Source: Klebsiella phage phiKp_32
Sequence record: LC768500.1
Length of the DNA stretch: 64,000 nt
Direction: 5' to 3' (one strand)
Below, piece after piece: positions 1-9,135 of the stretch. The notes below the pieces were generated by a model. The model was not told the origin of the DNA and searched no databases. It worked only from the letters and a program-made list of their open reading frames with translations. The position numbers and the translations under genes are program-made. Position 1 is the first letter of the stretch. Each line of letters begins with the position of its first letter.

Positions 1-6
1 TTTTTT

Positions 7-72
7 CAAGCAGAAGACGGCATACGAGATAGGCTCCGGTGACTGGAGTTCAGACGTGTGCTCTTCCGATCT
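7..72. other. Illumina P7 / indexed adapter (technical artefact at contig end)
   Basis: Exact CAAGCAGAAGACGGCATACGAGAT, then 8-nt index AGGCTCCG, then GTGACTGGAGTTCAGACGTGTGCTCTTCCGATCT. Confidence 0.9.
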
Positions 73-116
73 GGCGCGCGCCAGCGTGCGTGTGTGTGCG
101 TATGTGCGCGCACGCG
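73..116. repeat. GC-rich low-complexity tract next to adapter, probably read-end artefact
   Basis: ggcgcgcgccagcgtgcgtgtgtgtgcgtatgtgcgcgcacgcg, unlike the AT-rich phage sequence that follows. Confidence 0.5.
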
Positions 117-525
117 TAATAGAGAAGGGGTTATAAAAAACACAAGATTAAACCTGAGTAATTACCCAGAAAAAATCATACGGAGTAAAAATTATTAACC
201 AGAACGATTCTGAAAAGATTTAACATCCAACCTATGAATTCGTATCAGTCGGATGAAAAAACGTTTTAGAAATCGATACAGGAATTTTTAGAGGGTGTTC
301 TGATCGAGTTCTCAGGAAGGATTATTCACTGAATAAAAATATTTTAATCAAGATAATTAATTTTTACCGCAAGTTAGATTTATCGAGACAAGAAGATTTA
401 ACCGCAAAGTAATATCTTACGGAGAGCATAATCTTCTGAGCAGGACAGAGATCTCGAATTGTCAGATGGCAAATACCCCATCCGTTCGAAAGTTAACCCG
501 AAACATCCCTAAGAGGTGATATCCT

Positions 526-1260
526 ATGCAACCAGCTAACCCATGGAAAAACAACAAGCACGTTAAATCACAAGACTCAGCAAGTGTTGATCGTTACGAA
601 TCCCTGTTACAAGAATTACCTGATGCGTTGAACGCAACCCCTCGAGATCCCGGATATCTTATAGCGACTAAAAAGATTTTATTAGTCCTGGAAATGTCTG
701 AAGGAACCCGACTGACCGTTCGCAACGTGATGGAAAATCCAGACATGATTCGTAAGGTCCACGAGTTGCTGGTGGAGTTAGGCTGGAAGCAAGCGATTAG
801 CCGAGGGACTCAGGTTTTCGTCACTCACCAGGATTTAATTAAACCGAGTATCTACCGCTTAATCGACCTCGACGCTAATGGGATCGGTTACGCTAACGAA
901 CTGCTGAATAATATTTTATTAGAGCGTCGGTTCAGTGCTCGGGTAGACAATAACGATATTCGAATCCTCCCAGGAGACCGTAGCGCAAGTAACCCCTTTA
1001 GCCTGCTGTCGTCTAACGTCGTCAGTGGTTGGCGTAAAGCCATACGGGATTACGACAAAAGCGTGACGGGTAATCTTATTGGACACATGACGGTTGTCGG
1101 CGAAGACAATACGAATATCCCGCTTGATTTAAAACTGGTTTTCGCTCTGCTGGATTACATCGGGTGGCCAGAAATGTATTTTACTGGCGAACAGATTTTA
1201 TTGAGTAACCCCATTGGGGATTATCAAACCCTTGAGGTGAATTTCATCGACCCTGAGTAA
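526..1260 (+). CDS. hypothetical protein (244 aa)
   Basis: Long ORF with ATG and an upstream purine-rich stretch (taagaggtgatatcct) as possible SD. Confidence 0.55.
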   Translation: MQPANPWKNNKHVKSQDSASVDRYESLLQELPDALNATPRDPGYLIATKKILLVLEMSEGTRLTVRNVMENPDMIRKVHELLVELGWKQAISRGTQVFVTHQDLIKPSIYRLIDLDANGIGYANELLNNILLERRFSARVDNNDIRILPGDRSASNPFSLLSSNVVSGWRKAIRDYDKSVTGNLIGHMTVVGEDNTNIPLDLKLVFALLDYIGWPEMYFTGEQILLSNPIGDYQTLEVNFIDPE

Positions 1261-1510
1261 TTCCTAACGACAGAGTGATGTTATTAGTAAAGATCTTTGG
1301 ACTCCCTGTTGATTAACTAGCGACCCAACCTCATCTCTTTGAACCTCCTTACCACGAGCGAGATAGCCAAAGTAGCTAGAGATTTTCAGGGGGTTCAATC
1401 CCCATTATTCGTTAATCTTATTAGACCCATTGTCCTTAGCCATGTAGCGACGGCCATTCTCCTGTGACAGACAAGTTTTTGTTCAATGGGATAGATTAAC
1501 GTTTTTCTTC

Positions 1511-1592
1511 ACGTCGTATTATCTGATGAGTCTTCGACGCTAAACAAGACGAAACCTAATGAATCTATTTTATTAGGTCATAATTCAACCTA
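1511..1592 (+). ncRNA. type I hammerhead self-cleaving ribozyme (predicted cleavage after C1579)
   Basis: CUGAUGA at 1523-1529; stem II GUCUU/AAGAC at 1530-1550; GAAA at 1551-1554; stem III A-U plus CCUAAU/AUUAGG at 1554-1578; cleavage triplet GUC at 1577-1579; stem I UAUUAU/AUAAU. Confidence 0.6.
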
Positions 1593-2249
1593 AGCGTTGA
1601 ACGGGCAGTTAGGGGCAATGGTCCCCGAGGTCTTCAGCTTCTTCGCCTGCCCGCACTAAAAAGTTCTTTCATGATTAGGAGTGCCGCACTCTACGAGCGG
1701 ACAATAAGCAACCGAAAGTGGGAGAGAAAGAAGCGTGTCTGGTCGCTTGCCGGAAAGTTGGTTCAGGCGGGTTTCTTCCCAACCCAAACGACGCTGCCCA
1801 AGATAGGGCTGCAAGTCGTATTAGCGAATTATACCGGTATGCGGGGTTTCCGCGATAAACCGGGTTAGCTACGGGTAAGAAACCGGCCGGAGTAATCAGC
1901 CTTTCGTATTCGGGTAACGTGAGTTATTGTAGAGATATCTCTGAGGGTTAGGCCAACCCCCGACGTTCTCCGAGTCCGAAGGGAAGCTTGCTCAGCTTCG
2001 TAGGAACTCCAAAATCTCAGACGGTCACACCTCGCAATCTTACGGCAGTATGATTGCCTATTCGTCCTTTGTCGCTCACCAAGGGGCGAGTAGGAAACCT
2101 CTGCCACGGCGTTTCGTTTGCCTTTTACCATTGCTTTTGTTATAACCTCTCTGTTTGAGTTGAGTGTTAACTTCCCCAAGAGTGTAACCTGTTATCTCTC
2201 TCTTCGTGAGGAGTCGGAGATAATGGGGTAAATTCTTAGGAGGTTCGTT

Positions 2250-2438
2250 ATGTACACATACCAGTATACCGTGCGATACCGAATACCTAATTCTGTGTTT
2301 ACGACTTACAGCGGAGAAATTACTTCCGACTGTTTGCTCACTAACGCTAATCGCATCTTTGACGTTTTGCGCACTGAGGTTCATAAAGCTACTAACGTTA
2401 ACTCGTTTAGCATTACGAACTTTAAGCTGAAAGAATAA
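2250..2438 (+). CDS. small hypothetical protein (62 aa)
   Basis: Strong SD AGGAGG 6 nt upstream of ATG; the other ORFs in 1671-2384 overlap each other and look spurious. Confidence 0.45.
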   Translation: MYTYQYTVRYRIPNSVFTTYSGEITSDCLLTNANRIFDVLRTEVHKATNVNSFSITNFKLKE

Positions 2439-2607
2439 GTCGAGCTACGCGCTCAACCTACCTTAGGGCCGGAAGTAGTTACGACTTAGGGGGAAAGAAG
2501 AGTCGTGCCTTTAAGTACCCCAACCCAATTCGTGTGGTGATCTCTCACATCATCTCATGAATATCGCCACATCATCATTAAAGTTCTACCATGAATTTTT
2601 ATTCCTT

Positions 2608-2656
2608 CCAGTAGGGTTCGGCCCTACTGGACTTTTTTCGCGTTTTTTAAATCGGC
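2608..2656 (+). terminator. rho-independent terminator
   Basis: ccagtaggg-ttcg-gccctactgg hairpin followed by two T-runs. Confidence 0.5.
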
Positions 2657-2769
2657 AGTTGTTTAATTATGTCAGAACTAGATTTTTTCAGTTCTAAATT
2701 ATGGTAATGTAAAGCAAAAGATAATGCTTTCCATTCCAACTATCATAATTTCTTTTAGGAGCTAGATCA

Positions 2770-3732
2770 ATGAGTACATTACGTGTTTACGCGTGCGGCG
2801 GTACTGGTATTAATATCGCGTCTAAATGGATTGCCACCGGTGCGAATACGCTTATTCGTAAAGCCCAGTTCATTGGACTGGACAGCAGTGAAAACAACAA
2901 ACCGCATAACGACGCCTTTAAGGTCGAACGTCCTGAAGGAACTCGTGGCGGCGGTAAGGAACGTAAGCTGATCGGTAAAATTGCCGCCGGGTTTATTGAC
3001 AGTATTTTGACCAAACATAAACCGGGCGATTTCAACCTGATCATCATGAACGCGGCAGGCGCTACCGGGAGTACGTTCGGCCCGACTCTGATCAACCGTC
3101 TCCTCTCTCAAGGTGTTCCGGTTATCGCCCTGGTCGTAGGCGACCTGACCTCTGAACTGGAAAACTACAACACGGTTAAAACGTTTGAAAGCCTGGACAA
3201 CCAGCGCATCAATCTGAACGTGCCGGTTATCATCGACTACGTGGACAACGCCAAATATCCCAGCCGCGGATTGGCCGACAAATACGCCATCGGCCGTCTT
3301 GATATCCTGAGCCTGTTCTTAACCGACGAACATGAAGAAAGCGATTTCCAAGACATCCGGAACCTGTTCTATTACAACCAGGTTACCAAGGCGGCGCCTA
3401 CTCTTGCTCGTATCGACTTCTTGACCGATACTCAGTTAGACAACGTTACTCCAGGGCTGGTTGCTGAATTTGGTTTGTATCGTAAAGCGGACGATATCGG
3501 CAGTCATATTAAAAATCTGGCATACCGTTCGACCGGCGTTATTCAGGAAGGTAGCACTAACTTCCCGGCTGGAATAGAACATCTCCACATGGTCTTTGAT
3601 CATGATGCGACGATCAAAGATATCCTGGTTCTGGTTCAGGATCTTAAAGATATTGAGATCCAAAATAACGAACGTTTTAAATCCGCTCAGCAGGTTGGAA
3701 ACGGCGGCGATGATTCTGGAATGTCCTACTAA
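2770..3732 (+). CDS. phuZ: PhuZ-like phage tubulin/FtsZ-family GTPase (320 aa)
   Basis: N-terminal VYACGGTGINIASKW glycine loop (tubulin T1-like). NAAGATGSTFGPTL resembles the T4 loop. Size and codon-optimised use match jumbo-phage PhuZ. Confidence 0.55.
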   Translation: MSTLRVYACGGTGINIASKWIATGANTLIRKAQFIGLDSSENNKPHNDAFKVERPEGTRGGGKERKLIGKIAAGFIDSILTKHKPGDFNLIIMNAAGATGSTFGPTLINRLLSQGVPVIALVVGDLTSELENYNTVKTFESLDNQRINLNVPVIIDYVDNAKYPSRGLADKYAIGRLDILSLFLTDEHEESDFQDIRNLFYYNQVTKAAPTLARIDFLTDTQLDNVTPGLVAEFGLYRKADDIGSHIKNLAYRSTGVIQEGSTNFPAGIEHLHMVFDHDATIKDILVLVQDLKDIEIQNNERFKSAQQVGNGGDDSGMSY

Positions 3733-3741
3733 GTAAAACAA

Positions 3742-3791
3742 TACTGCTACAGCCCTTCTATGGGGCTGTAGCAGTAGTTCTTTATTTTTTG
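3742..3791 (+). terminator. rho-independent terminator after phuZ
   Basis: Perfect 14-bp stem tactgctacagccc/gggctgtagcagta followed by a T-run. Confidence 0.6.
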
Positions 3792-3846
3792 CATCTATCT
3801 ATAGGTCTAATTAAAAAGTCGCTTATAAACCTTTACAGGAAGCTTT

Positions 3847-4152
3847 ATGATAAAAACAACCAGAGTGGTTAAAACGTTGAGTTTTCGCGAATATCATTCT
3901 GTGATACTTAATGTCGATAGTAACGTTGCTACAGCAGAAAGGTTGCTCCTCAAGGAGGCTTTAATCGAACACGGTTATCAGATCGACGACGGGTTACCTG
4001 AGAGCTATCCTCTTTATCCAGAATCACTAAGGGAATTCAGAGATATGTTGAAGACCAGTATCGAACACATGACTTTGGGAATTCCCACAAACGCCAAGGT
4101 CGAATACATCAGTCCTACACTTGGACTCTTCAATATCATTTTTACTTACTAA
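3847..4152 (+). CDS. hypothetical protein (101 aa)
   Basis: ORF with upstream acaggaag SD-like sequence. Confidence 0.5.
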   Translation: MIKTTRVVKTLSFREYHSVILNVDSNVATAERLLLKEALIEHGYQIDDGLPESYPLYPESLREFRDMLKTSIEHMTLGIPTNAKVEYISPTLGLFNIIFTY

Positions 4153-4168
4153 CAGCAGGTGAGCTAAT

Positions 4169-4738
4169 ATGTACTCAGTGGGATCAGAATGGCTTAAGGA
4201 CCAAATTTTAACATTTGGTTATTCGGTAGGAGAAACTTCTGACGGGGACCCTAAACAGTTAACAAGTTTTATCCGGCCTATTGTAGATGGCGTGGTCGAG
4301 GCATTGAATGCTGACGACCCTGACGACATCTGGGATATCATCAGACGTTTTGAACAAGCAATGGCCGGTAATCACGCCATCGAGCATATCTTCAGTTACC
4401 TTACTACTAACGTAAGAAAGATGGCTAAACAATCTGGTTACGACCCCAGGGTGAAGTTTAGAGTCAGAGAAGTCAGAGTCGGGCACCGGATAAATTTTGT
4501 TTTTGAAATGGACCTCGACGCAACAATAGCCGCGGTTAATTCCCTCAATCAAGAAATGCTGGAAGAAGATCTCGATGAAATTGTTTCCGATCACCCAGGA
4601 GTTGACGTACTTCAAAAACTTGAAAACGTTAGGAAAAGGGAACTACAAGAAAAACTTAATTCCTTTACACGAAATGTACTCGGAGTTCGTGTCGTACCAG
4701 CGGGAGCTAGCAGACGTTACCTTAATAAAGGAGTCTGA
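4169..4738 (+). CDS. hypothetical protein (189 aa)
   Basis: ORF with upstream ggtgag SD. Confidence 0.5.
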   Translation: MYSVGSEWLKDQILTFGYSVGETSDGDPKQLTSFIRPIVDGVVEALNADDPDDIWDIIRRFEQAMAGNHAIEHIFSYLTTNVRKMAKQSGYDPRVKFRVREVRVGHRINFVFEMDLDATIAAVNSLNQEMLEEDLDEIVSDHPGVDVLQKLENVRKRELQEKLNSFTRNVLGVRVVPAGASRRYLNKGV

Positions 4739-5111
4739 TCTAGAAATCGTTTTTGGTGGATTGATACAGTACGTTATGGATGAGTTCCCCTTGTCTACTC
4801 AGTGTATAACTTTTGATCAAACCTCTTTCGATAAAAGGATAGCGAGAAAACATTATTCCTCGGAAGTACTTGAGGAAATATTGGACGCAATGAAATGTGT
4901 AATAGCTAAACATATTTATGCGCTCACTCCTAACACTTTAATTAGAAAGCCAGTGTTCTATCATCTGATTAATACTCGCGTATTGGTGATCCATATAAGT
5001 GATTACGATCTAAGAGAGCCTGACAATGCATCGTATCCTCGTTCCAGTAAAACCCATCGCGGACGCAATGACGACCTTCCAACTCCCCGAGATTGGCGCG
5101 ATGACACATAA
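4575..5111 (+). CDS. hypothetical protein; start uncertain (possibly ATG near 4776)
   Basis: ORF overlaps the 3' end of the previous gene in another frame. Confidence 0.35.
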   Translation: MKLFPITQELTYFKNLKTLGKGNYKKNLIPLHEMYSEFVSYQRELADVTLIKESDLEIVFGGLIQYVMDEFPLSTQCITFDQTSFDKRIARKHYSSEVLEEILDAMKCVIAKHIYALTPNTLIRKPVFYHLINTRVLVIHISDYDLREPDNASYPRSSKTHRGRNDDLPTPRDWRDDT

Positions 5112-5394
5112 CCAGTTATTAGAAATGATTGTGAAATTGAGCTTAGAAGCTCGTTTTAAATCTTACGGACTTTCTGGTGCGATTGATATCATCAAGGATT
5201 TAATCTACGCGTTTAAACCAAAGGATTCAGTCCCGGACATCCTATTGGGTTTTTATCTCCTCCCGGGAATGGTCGCATTAACGGAAGAAATGACTGCGAT
5301 TGAGAAAGCCAGGGATGTTTTCGGATGGGACCTTTATTGTCCTAACATGAAGTCACAACATATTGTCGTCTATGCGGGAGAACCACGTGCCTAA
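5026..5394 (+). CDS. hypothetical protein (start uncertain)
   Basis: ORF overlaps its upstream neighbour; compact phage-style packing. Confidence 0.35.
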   Translation: MHRILVPVKPIADAMTTFQLPEIGAMTHNQLLEMIVKLSLEARFKSYGLSGAIDIIKDLIYAFKPKDSVPDILLGFYLLPGMVALTEEMTAIEKARDVFGWDLYCPNMKSQHIVVYAGEPRA

Positions 5395-5719
5395 GATAAC
5401 TATCCAACTTTCAATACCGCCGGGAACCGATGTGGAAGGATTTGTTTCTGCATATGGCAGTCTCTTAAGAGCACATCGGGTTAAATGTAACATCCCTAGT
5501 CAGGATGTTCAACTTAACCATCCGTTAGAAGAAGCCCGGGAGCAGATTCTGGGAGACTTCCAACGTACCAATTCCCAGCTTCAGTCGATCAGTGCTAAGT
5601 ACGCCGATGTCTCTGTGTCCAACGTTCTTTCAGATGGGCGCGGGCTGACTATCATCTTAGCATGCGACAAACCTAATAGTGAGTTCATCAATGCGGATTT
5701 CTCACACCAGTCTCAATGA
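5363..5719 (+). CDS. hypothetical protein (possible GTG start at 5387 with gggaga SD)
   Basis: ORF with an alternative in-frame start. Confidence 0.4.
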   Translation: MSSMRENHVPKITIQLSIPPGTDVEGFVSAYGSLLRAHRVKCNIPSQDVQLNHPLEEAREQILGDFQRTNSQLQSISAKYADVSVSNVLSDGRGLTIILACDKPNSEFINADFSHQSQ

Positions 5720-6008
5720 AGAAGCTTTCCTGGATGCGATTAAACAGATATATCTGAAAGACGATCCCCTACCTTCTGATCAGACAATTTACGAAGTCGT
5801 TTCCGATTGGGTGGATGATCTATTTCAAAATGGTCATGTGGAAGAATATATAGTCGATCTCTTTCTAGACGGTCTTCCCCCTACCGAACTGTTGAGGGGT
5901 GTAACCGTTCACCCTATCTTTAGAAAACGCGTACCGTACGCGGTCAATCCCATTGATGGTATGGTAGAAACCGTAGGGTTCCCTTTAATCATTTTGGAGT
6001 ACAGTTGA
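5691..6008 (+). CDS. hypothetical protein
   Basis: ATG at 5691 within ORF 5679-6008. Confidence 0.4.
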   Translation: MRISHTSLNEEAFLDAIKQIYLKDDPLPSDQTIYEVVSDWVDDLFQNGHVEEYIVDLFLDGLPPTELLRGVTVHPIFRKRVPYAVNPIDGMVETVGFPLIILEYS

Positions 6009-6009
6009 A

Positions 6010-6423
6010 ATGAGCATCAGTGTGAAGAACGGGGATATTGTTAGTTTTTCCCTAGTCCAAGCAAATATCATCAATAACGATTACACCAACGTAACCGTTT
6101 TAGGCCAAGGAATGTTCGACGTTGCTCGGGGAATTGACCCGGAGCTTCGCAATAAACATTACAACCTTTATCCGTATTTCAAGGATAAAGTTAACAATGT
6201 GGACGATCCTAACTACGCCGATGGCTATCTGATCTTGAAGCTATCCAATGGTGAGCTCAGCGCTATTGGTGTTCCCTGGATCAACGAAGATACCTTTGAG
6301 GTTATCAGCGGAGAAACCCGTGTTTACACATTCCCTACCTGGAAAAGTAAATATGAGTCAAGTCTGCATGAACTCTTGGCTAACCTCGGCGCCGAATATT
6401 CTTATACCAGCACTAAAAAATAA
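6010..6423 (+). CDS. hypothetical protein (137 aa)
   Basis: GGAG SD upstream of ATG. Confidence 0.55.
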   Translation: MSISVKNGDIVSFSLVQANIINNDYTNVTVLGQGMFDVARGIDPELRNKHYNLYPYFKDKVNNVDDPNYADGYLILKLSNGELSAIGVPWINEDTFEVISGETRVYTFPTWKSKYESSLHELLANLGAEYSYTSTKK

Positions 6424-6426
6424 ACT

Positions 6427-6480
6427 GTTACCCTCATCCCATTAGGGATGAGGGTAACATCTTTTATTATTATTTTTTTA
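6427..6480 (+). terminator. rho-independent terminator
   Basis: Perfect 14-bp stem gttaccctcatccc/gggatgagggtaac followed by a long T-run. Confidence 0.6.
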
Positions 6481-6524
6481 TTGTCATTCCTTTTTATTAG
6501 ACGAAAACAATTTTAAATTTTAAA

Positions 6525-8627
6525 GTGAAACGGAGCTTAAAGATGACTGAGACTTTTTTAAGTCCGTTTGTTGATGACGATTACAGTGCCGATAGGAATA
6601 TCGTTAAACACTATCATGAACAAATGGCTTTGTATCTTGGTAAAAAGCGCAATGAAGATCCTAAAGCTATTTACGAGGTACTTTCCAAACACATCCAGCC
6701 CAATCAAAACGGTTATAAAGATCGTCGTATGCAGGTTTTAGTAAAAAACAAGTACGGCGATAGAGAAGTTAAAGTCATGACAGCGTCTAATTTCTTTAAT
6801 GAAGTTAGACGTCAGAACTGCCATCTTAGTCCCAGTATGGTTGCTTACAAGAACACTGAAGAAGAGCAATCTGTTAATGCAATCGGGACAGAAAAATTTC
6901 TTAGTCTTCGGTCCCACTATAAAGGGTTAAAACAAAAGGCCAGTGACGAAGGTGATGAATGGGGTAAGAAGGCTTTCCACGAAATTCAAAACGCCTTGAA
7001 AATATTCAACAACGCCCAATCAGGCGCAATGTCATCCCGTGGGACCCCTCTTGTTAATAAGTCAGGTCATACTGCTCTGACTAGTGCTTGCCGTGCTTTG
7101 ACCAGTACCGCTAACATGTGTAATGAAAAGTTATTGGTCGGTAACCGATTCTTTAACTCGTACGAGCGAACGATGGAGAACTTACTGTCGTTGCTCTCAG
7201 TTACTGACATTAAGCGAATGGACGAAGTCATCAAGAAACTGAAGATGAACTACGCGACCATAGACCAGGTTATGGAAATGGTCAAACGTTGTTCTCGTCG
7301 GTATTGGAGAGACGTTAAACAACTCGGCTACATTAAAGAGTTTTTGGAGCAACTTCGTCCGGTTGAATTAACGGCTTTGCTTTGCAATATGGATATCGAG
7401 GGATTGAGGGTTACGAATAAAGAAATCCTTTATAAATTCTTTGATGACTTCTCTCATATACCGGAAGTTCCAGAAGGCGCTAAAGCTGAAGATTATACTC
7501 CACCTGATAACGGAGACCGATACATACTTTGTGTTTCTAAACTCTTAGCGAAACCAAGCAAAGTTCAGTTAAACTTTTTAAACCAGTATCATCTGGAAAT
7601 GGAACATAAATGGAAAGACTTTATTGAAGTCTTCTTTAAATGCTCCATTCCTCCATCGGGCATTTATGAAATCAGGGATATGATCCGAGAGGTAGTTCAA
7701 ACCTCAGATACCGATTCCTCGATTTACACCGTAGATAAAGTCGTAGAGGATTACACCGACGAAAAAGGACAATCGTTGAGATTGAATGGGGTTCTTACTT
7801 ACTTCATTCGAATGATAGCGGTTCATCAGCACGCTCAGTTAAGTGAAAACATGAACGTTGCTAAACGTTACCGTAATCGTCTGACGATGAAGAACGAGTA
7901 CTTGTTTGGAGGATATGTTACAACATTAATGTCAAAACACTATTTTGCCACACAGCTGATGGTAGAAGGGGTATTGAATAAAAATGTTGAAATGGAAATT
8001 AAGGGTGTACACTTAAGGAGTTCTAAAGTAGCTCATGAGATAAAGGATTTTGCACACAAACTCATGAGGGAGATATTGGATTGTATTTATGACAAACGTC
8101 AAATGGATGCAGCCGATATTCTCTTTAGAGCAGCAGAGTTAGAAAGGGCCATCATTAAGGATATCAACGAAGGCCAATGGGGTTGGTTAACACGCAACAC
8201 CATAAAAAGTGATGACGTGTACACATTGCCGGATCAATCTGTGTATCAATACCACTTACTCTGGGAAGAAGTGTTCTCTCCTAAATATGGACATGCACCA
8301 CCACCGCCCTATTCTGCTATGAAAGTTAACCTTTATTTAGGTAATAAAGGTAAGGTCGAAGAGTTTTGTAAGGATCTGGAAGACAGAGAACTTGCAAATC
8401 GTTTATTAGATTTCTTCGTTAAGAAAGAGAAAAAAGAAATCAGTACGTTCTTTGTTCCTGCTGACGTATTACCAAGATTAGGTAAATTGCCCGATGAAGT
8501 TATTAAAGCCGCCGACATACGACAGATCATTAAACAGAACTTGAAATCTGTTTACGCTGTTTTGGAAGCCTGCGGATTGTATATTGTAAACGACAAAATA
8601 ACACGATTAATCAGTGACGAGCATTAA
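6525..8627 (+). CDS. large hypothetical protein (700 aa)
   Basis: Long uninterrupted ORF; no motif recognised. Confidence 0.6.
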   Translation: MKRSLKMTETFLSPFVDDDYSADRNIVKHYHEQMALYLGKKRNEDPKAIYEVLSKHIQPNQNGYKDRRMQVLVKNKYGDREVKVMTASNFFNEVRRQNCHLSPSMVAYKNTEEEQSVNAIGTEKFLSLRSHYKGLKQKASDEGDEWGKKAFHEIQNALKIFNNAQSGAMSSRGTPLVNKSGHTALTSACRALTSTANMCNEKLLVGNRFFNSYERTMENLLSLLSVTDIKRMDEVIKKLKMNYATIDQVMEMVKRCSRRYWRDVKQLGYIKEFLEQLRPVELTALLCNMDIEGLRVTNKEILYKFFDDFSHIPEVPEGAKAEDYTPPDNGDRYILCVSKLLAKPSKVQLNFLNQYHLEMEHKWKDFIEVFFKCSIPPSGIYEIRDMIREVVQTSDTDSSIYTVDKVVEDYTDEKGQSLRLNGVLTYFIRMIAVHQHAQLSENMNVAKRYRNRLTMKNEYLFGGYVTTLMSKHYFATQLMVEGVLNKNVEMEIKGVHLRSSKVAHEIKDFAHKLMREILDCIYDKRQMDAADILFRAAELERAIIKDINEGQWGWLTRNTIKSDDVYTLPDQSVYQYHLLWEEVFSPKYGHAPPPPYSAMKVNLYLGNKGKVEEFCKDLEDRELANRLLDFFVKKEKKEISTFFVPADVLPRLGKLPDEVIKAADIRQIIKQNLKSVYAVLEACGLYIVNDKITRLISDEH

Positions 8628-8630
8628 ACT

Positions 8631-8663
8631 CTACTCCTACTCCCGATAAGGGAGTAGGAGTAG
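8631..8663. terminator. bidirectional terminator hairpin between convergent genes (TACTCCTAC family)
   Basis: ctactcctactccc-gataa-gggagtaggagtag, a perfect 14-bp stem. Confidence 0.5.
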
Positions 8664-8673
8664 ATAGTCTCGT

Positions 8674-9135
8674 TTACTCAGAAATCTGAATAAATCTAAA
8701 GATATTCAATATCTTTTTAACTATGAGGTAGTAGCTCGAATATGTTTCGATTATCTTATCTTCCGAATTAAGAAATTTCTTAAGAGATGCCAATGAGTCC
8801 TTCAGTTCTTTATCCGCCTCACCGGATTCAACTGTTTTAGAGACTTTATCATACTGTGATTTAACTTCAGGAAGACTTTTCAGTTTATTAATGGACACAA
8901 AAAACTCTTTCATGCCTTTATTGAGAGAATAGATCAACGAAGGAATTTCAGACATTGCTATGTAATCGTCGGTTCTTAAATGCAGTTTTAGCTCCCTCAA
9001 TGCCCCCAACATGGCGTGGACAGAATCACCAGAAGCTTTCATTCCAGGGATAATACGATCCCCCGAATCAAGATTTTGTAAAATAATCTTTAGGTCGTTT
9101 TCTAGGGCCTTTATTCTGGCGAAGTACCCGCTCAT
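8674..9135 (-). CDS. hypothetical protein (153 aa)
   Basis: ORF with ATGA stop/start overlap to the upstream gene. Confidence 0.55.
   Translation of the reverse strand: MSGYFARIKALENDLKIILQNLDSGDRIIPGMKASGDSVHAMLGALRELKLHLRTDDYIAMSEIPSLIYSLNKGMKEFFVSINKLKSLPEVKSQYDKVSKTVESGEADKELKDSLASLKKFLNSEDKIIETYSSYYLIVKKILNIFRFIQISE

Noticed and set aside
1388-1410. tRNA-like T-arm GGGGGTTCAATCCCC suggesting a tRNA or tmRNA
   Set aside because: No complementary acceptor 5' strand about 70 nt upstream. No D-arm or anticodon arm could be drawn, and the T-stem has a G-A mismatch.
1826-1862. Possible group II intron domain V (ccggtatgcggggtttccgcgataaaccgg)
   Set aside because: The helix is imperfect and lacks the AGC triad, bulge and GNRA loop geometry of domain V. 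No GUGYG 5' end or other group II domains were seen.
2779-3111. Minus-strand ORFs overlapping phuZ, plus other short ORFs embedded antisense in long genes (12213-12395, 13167-13427, 25363-26119, 53131-53661 and others)
   Set aside because: All are fully contained in longer, better-supported genes on the opposite strand, lack an SD, and are typical shadow ORFs.
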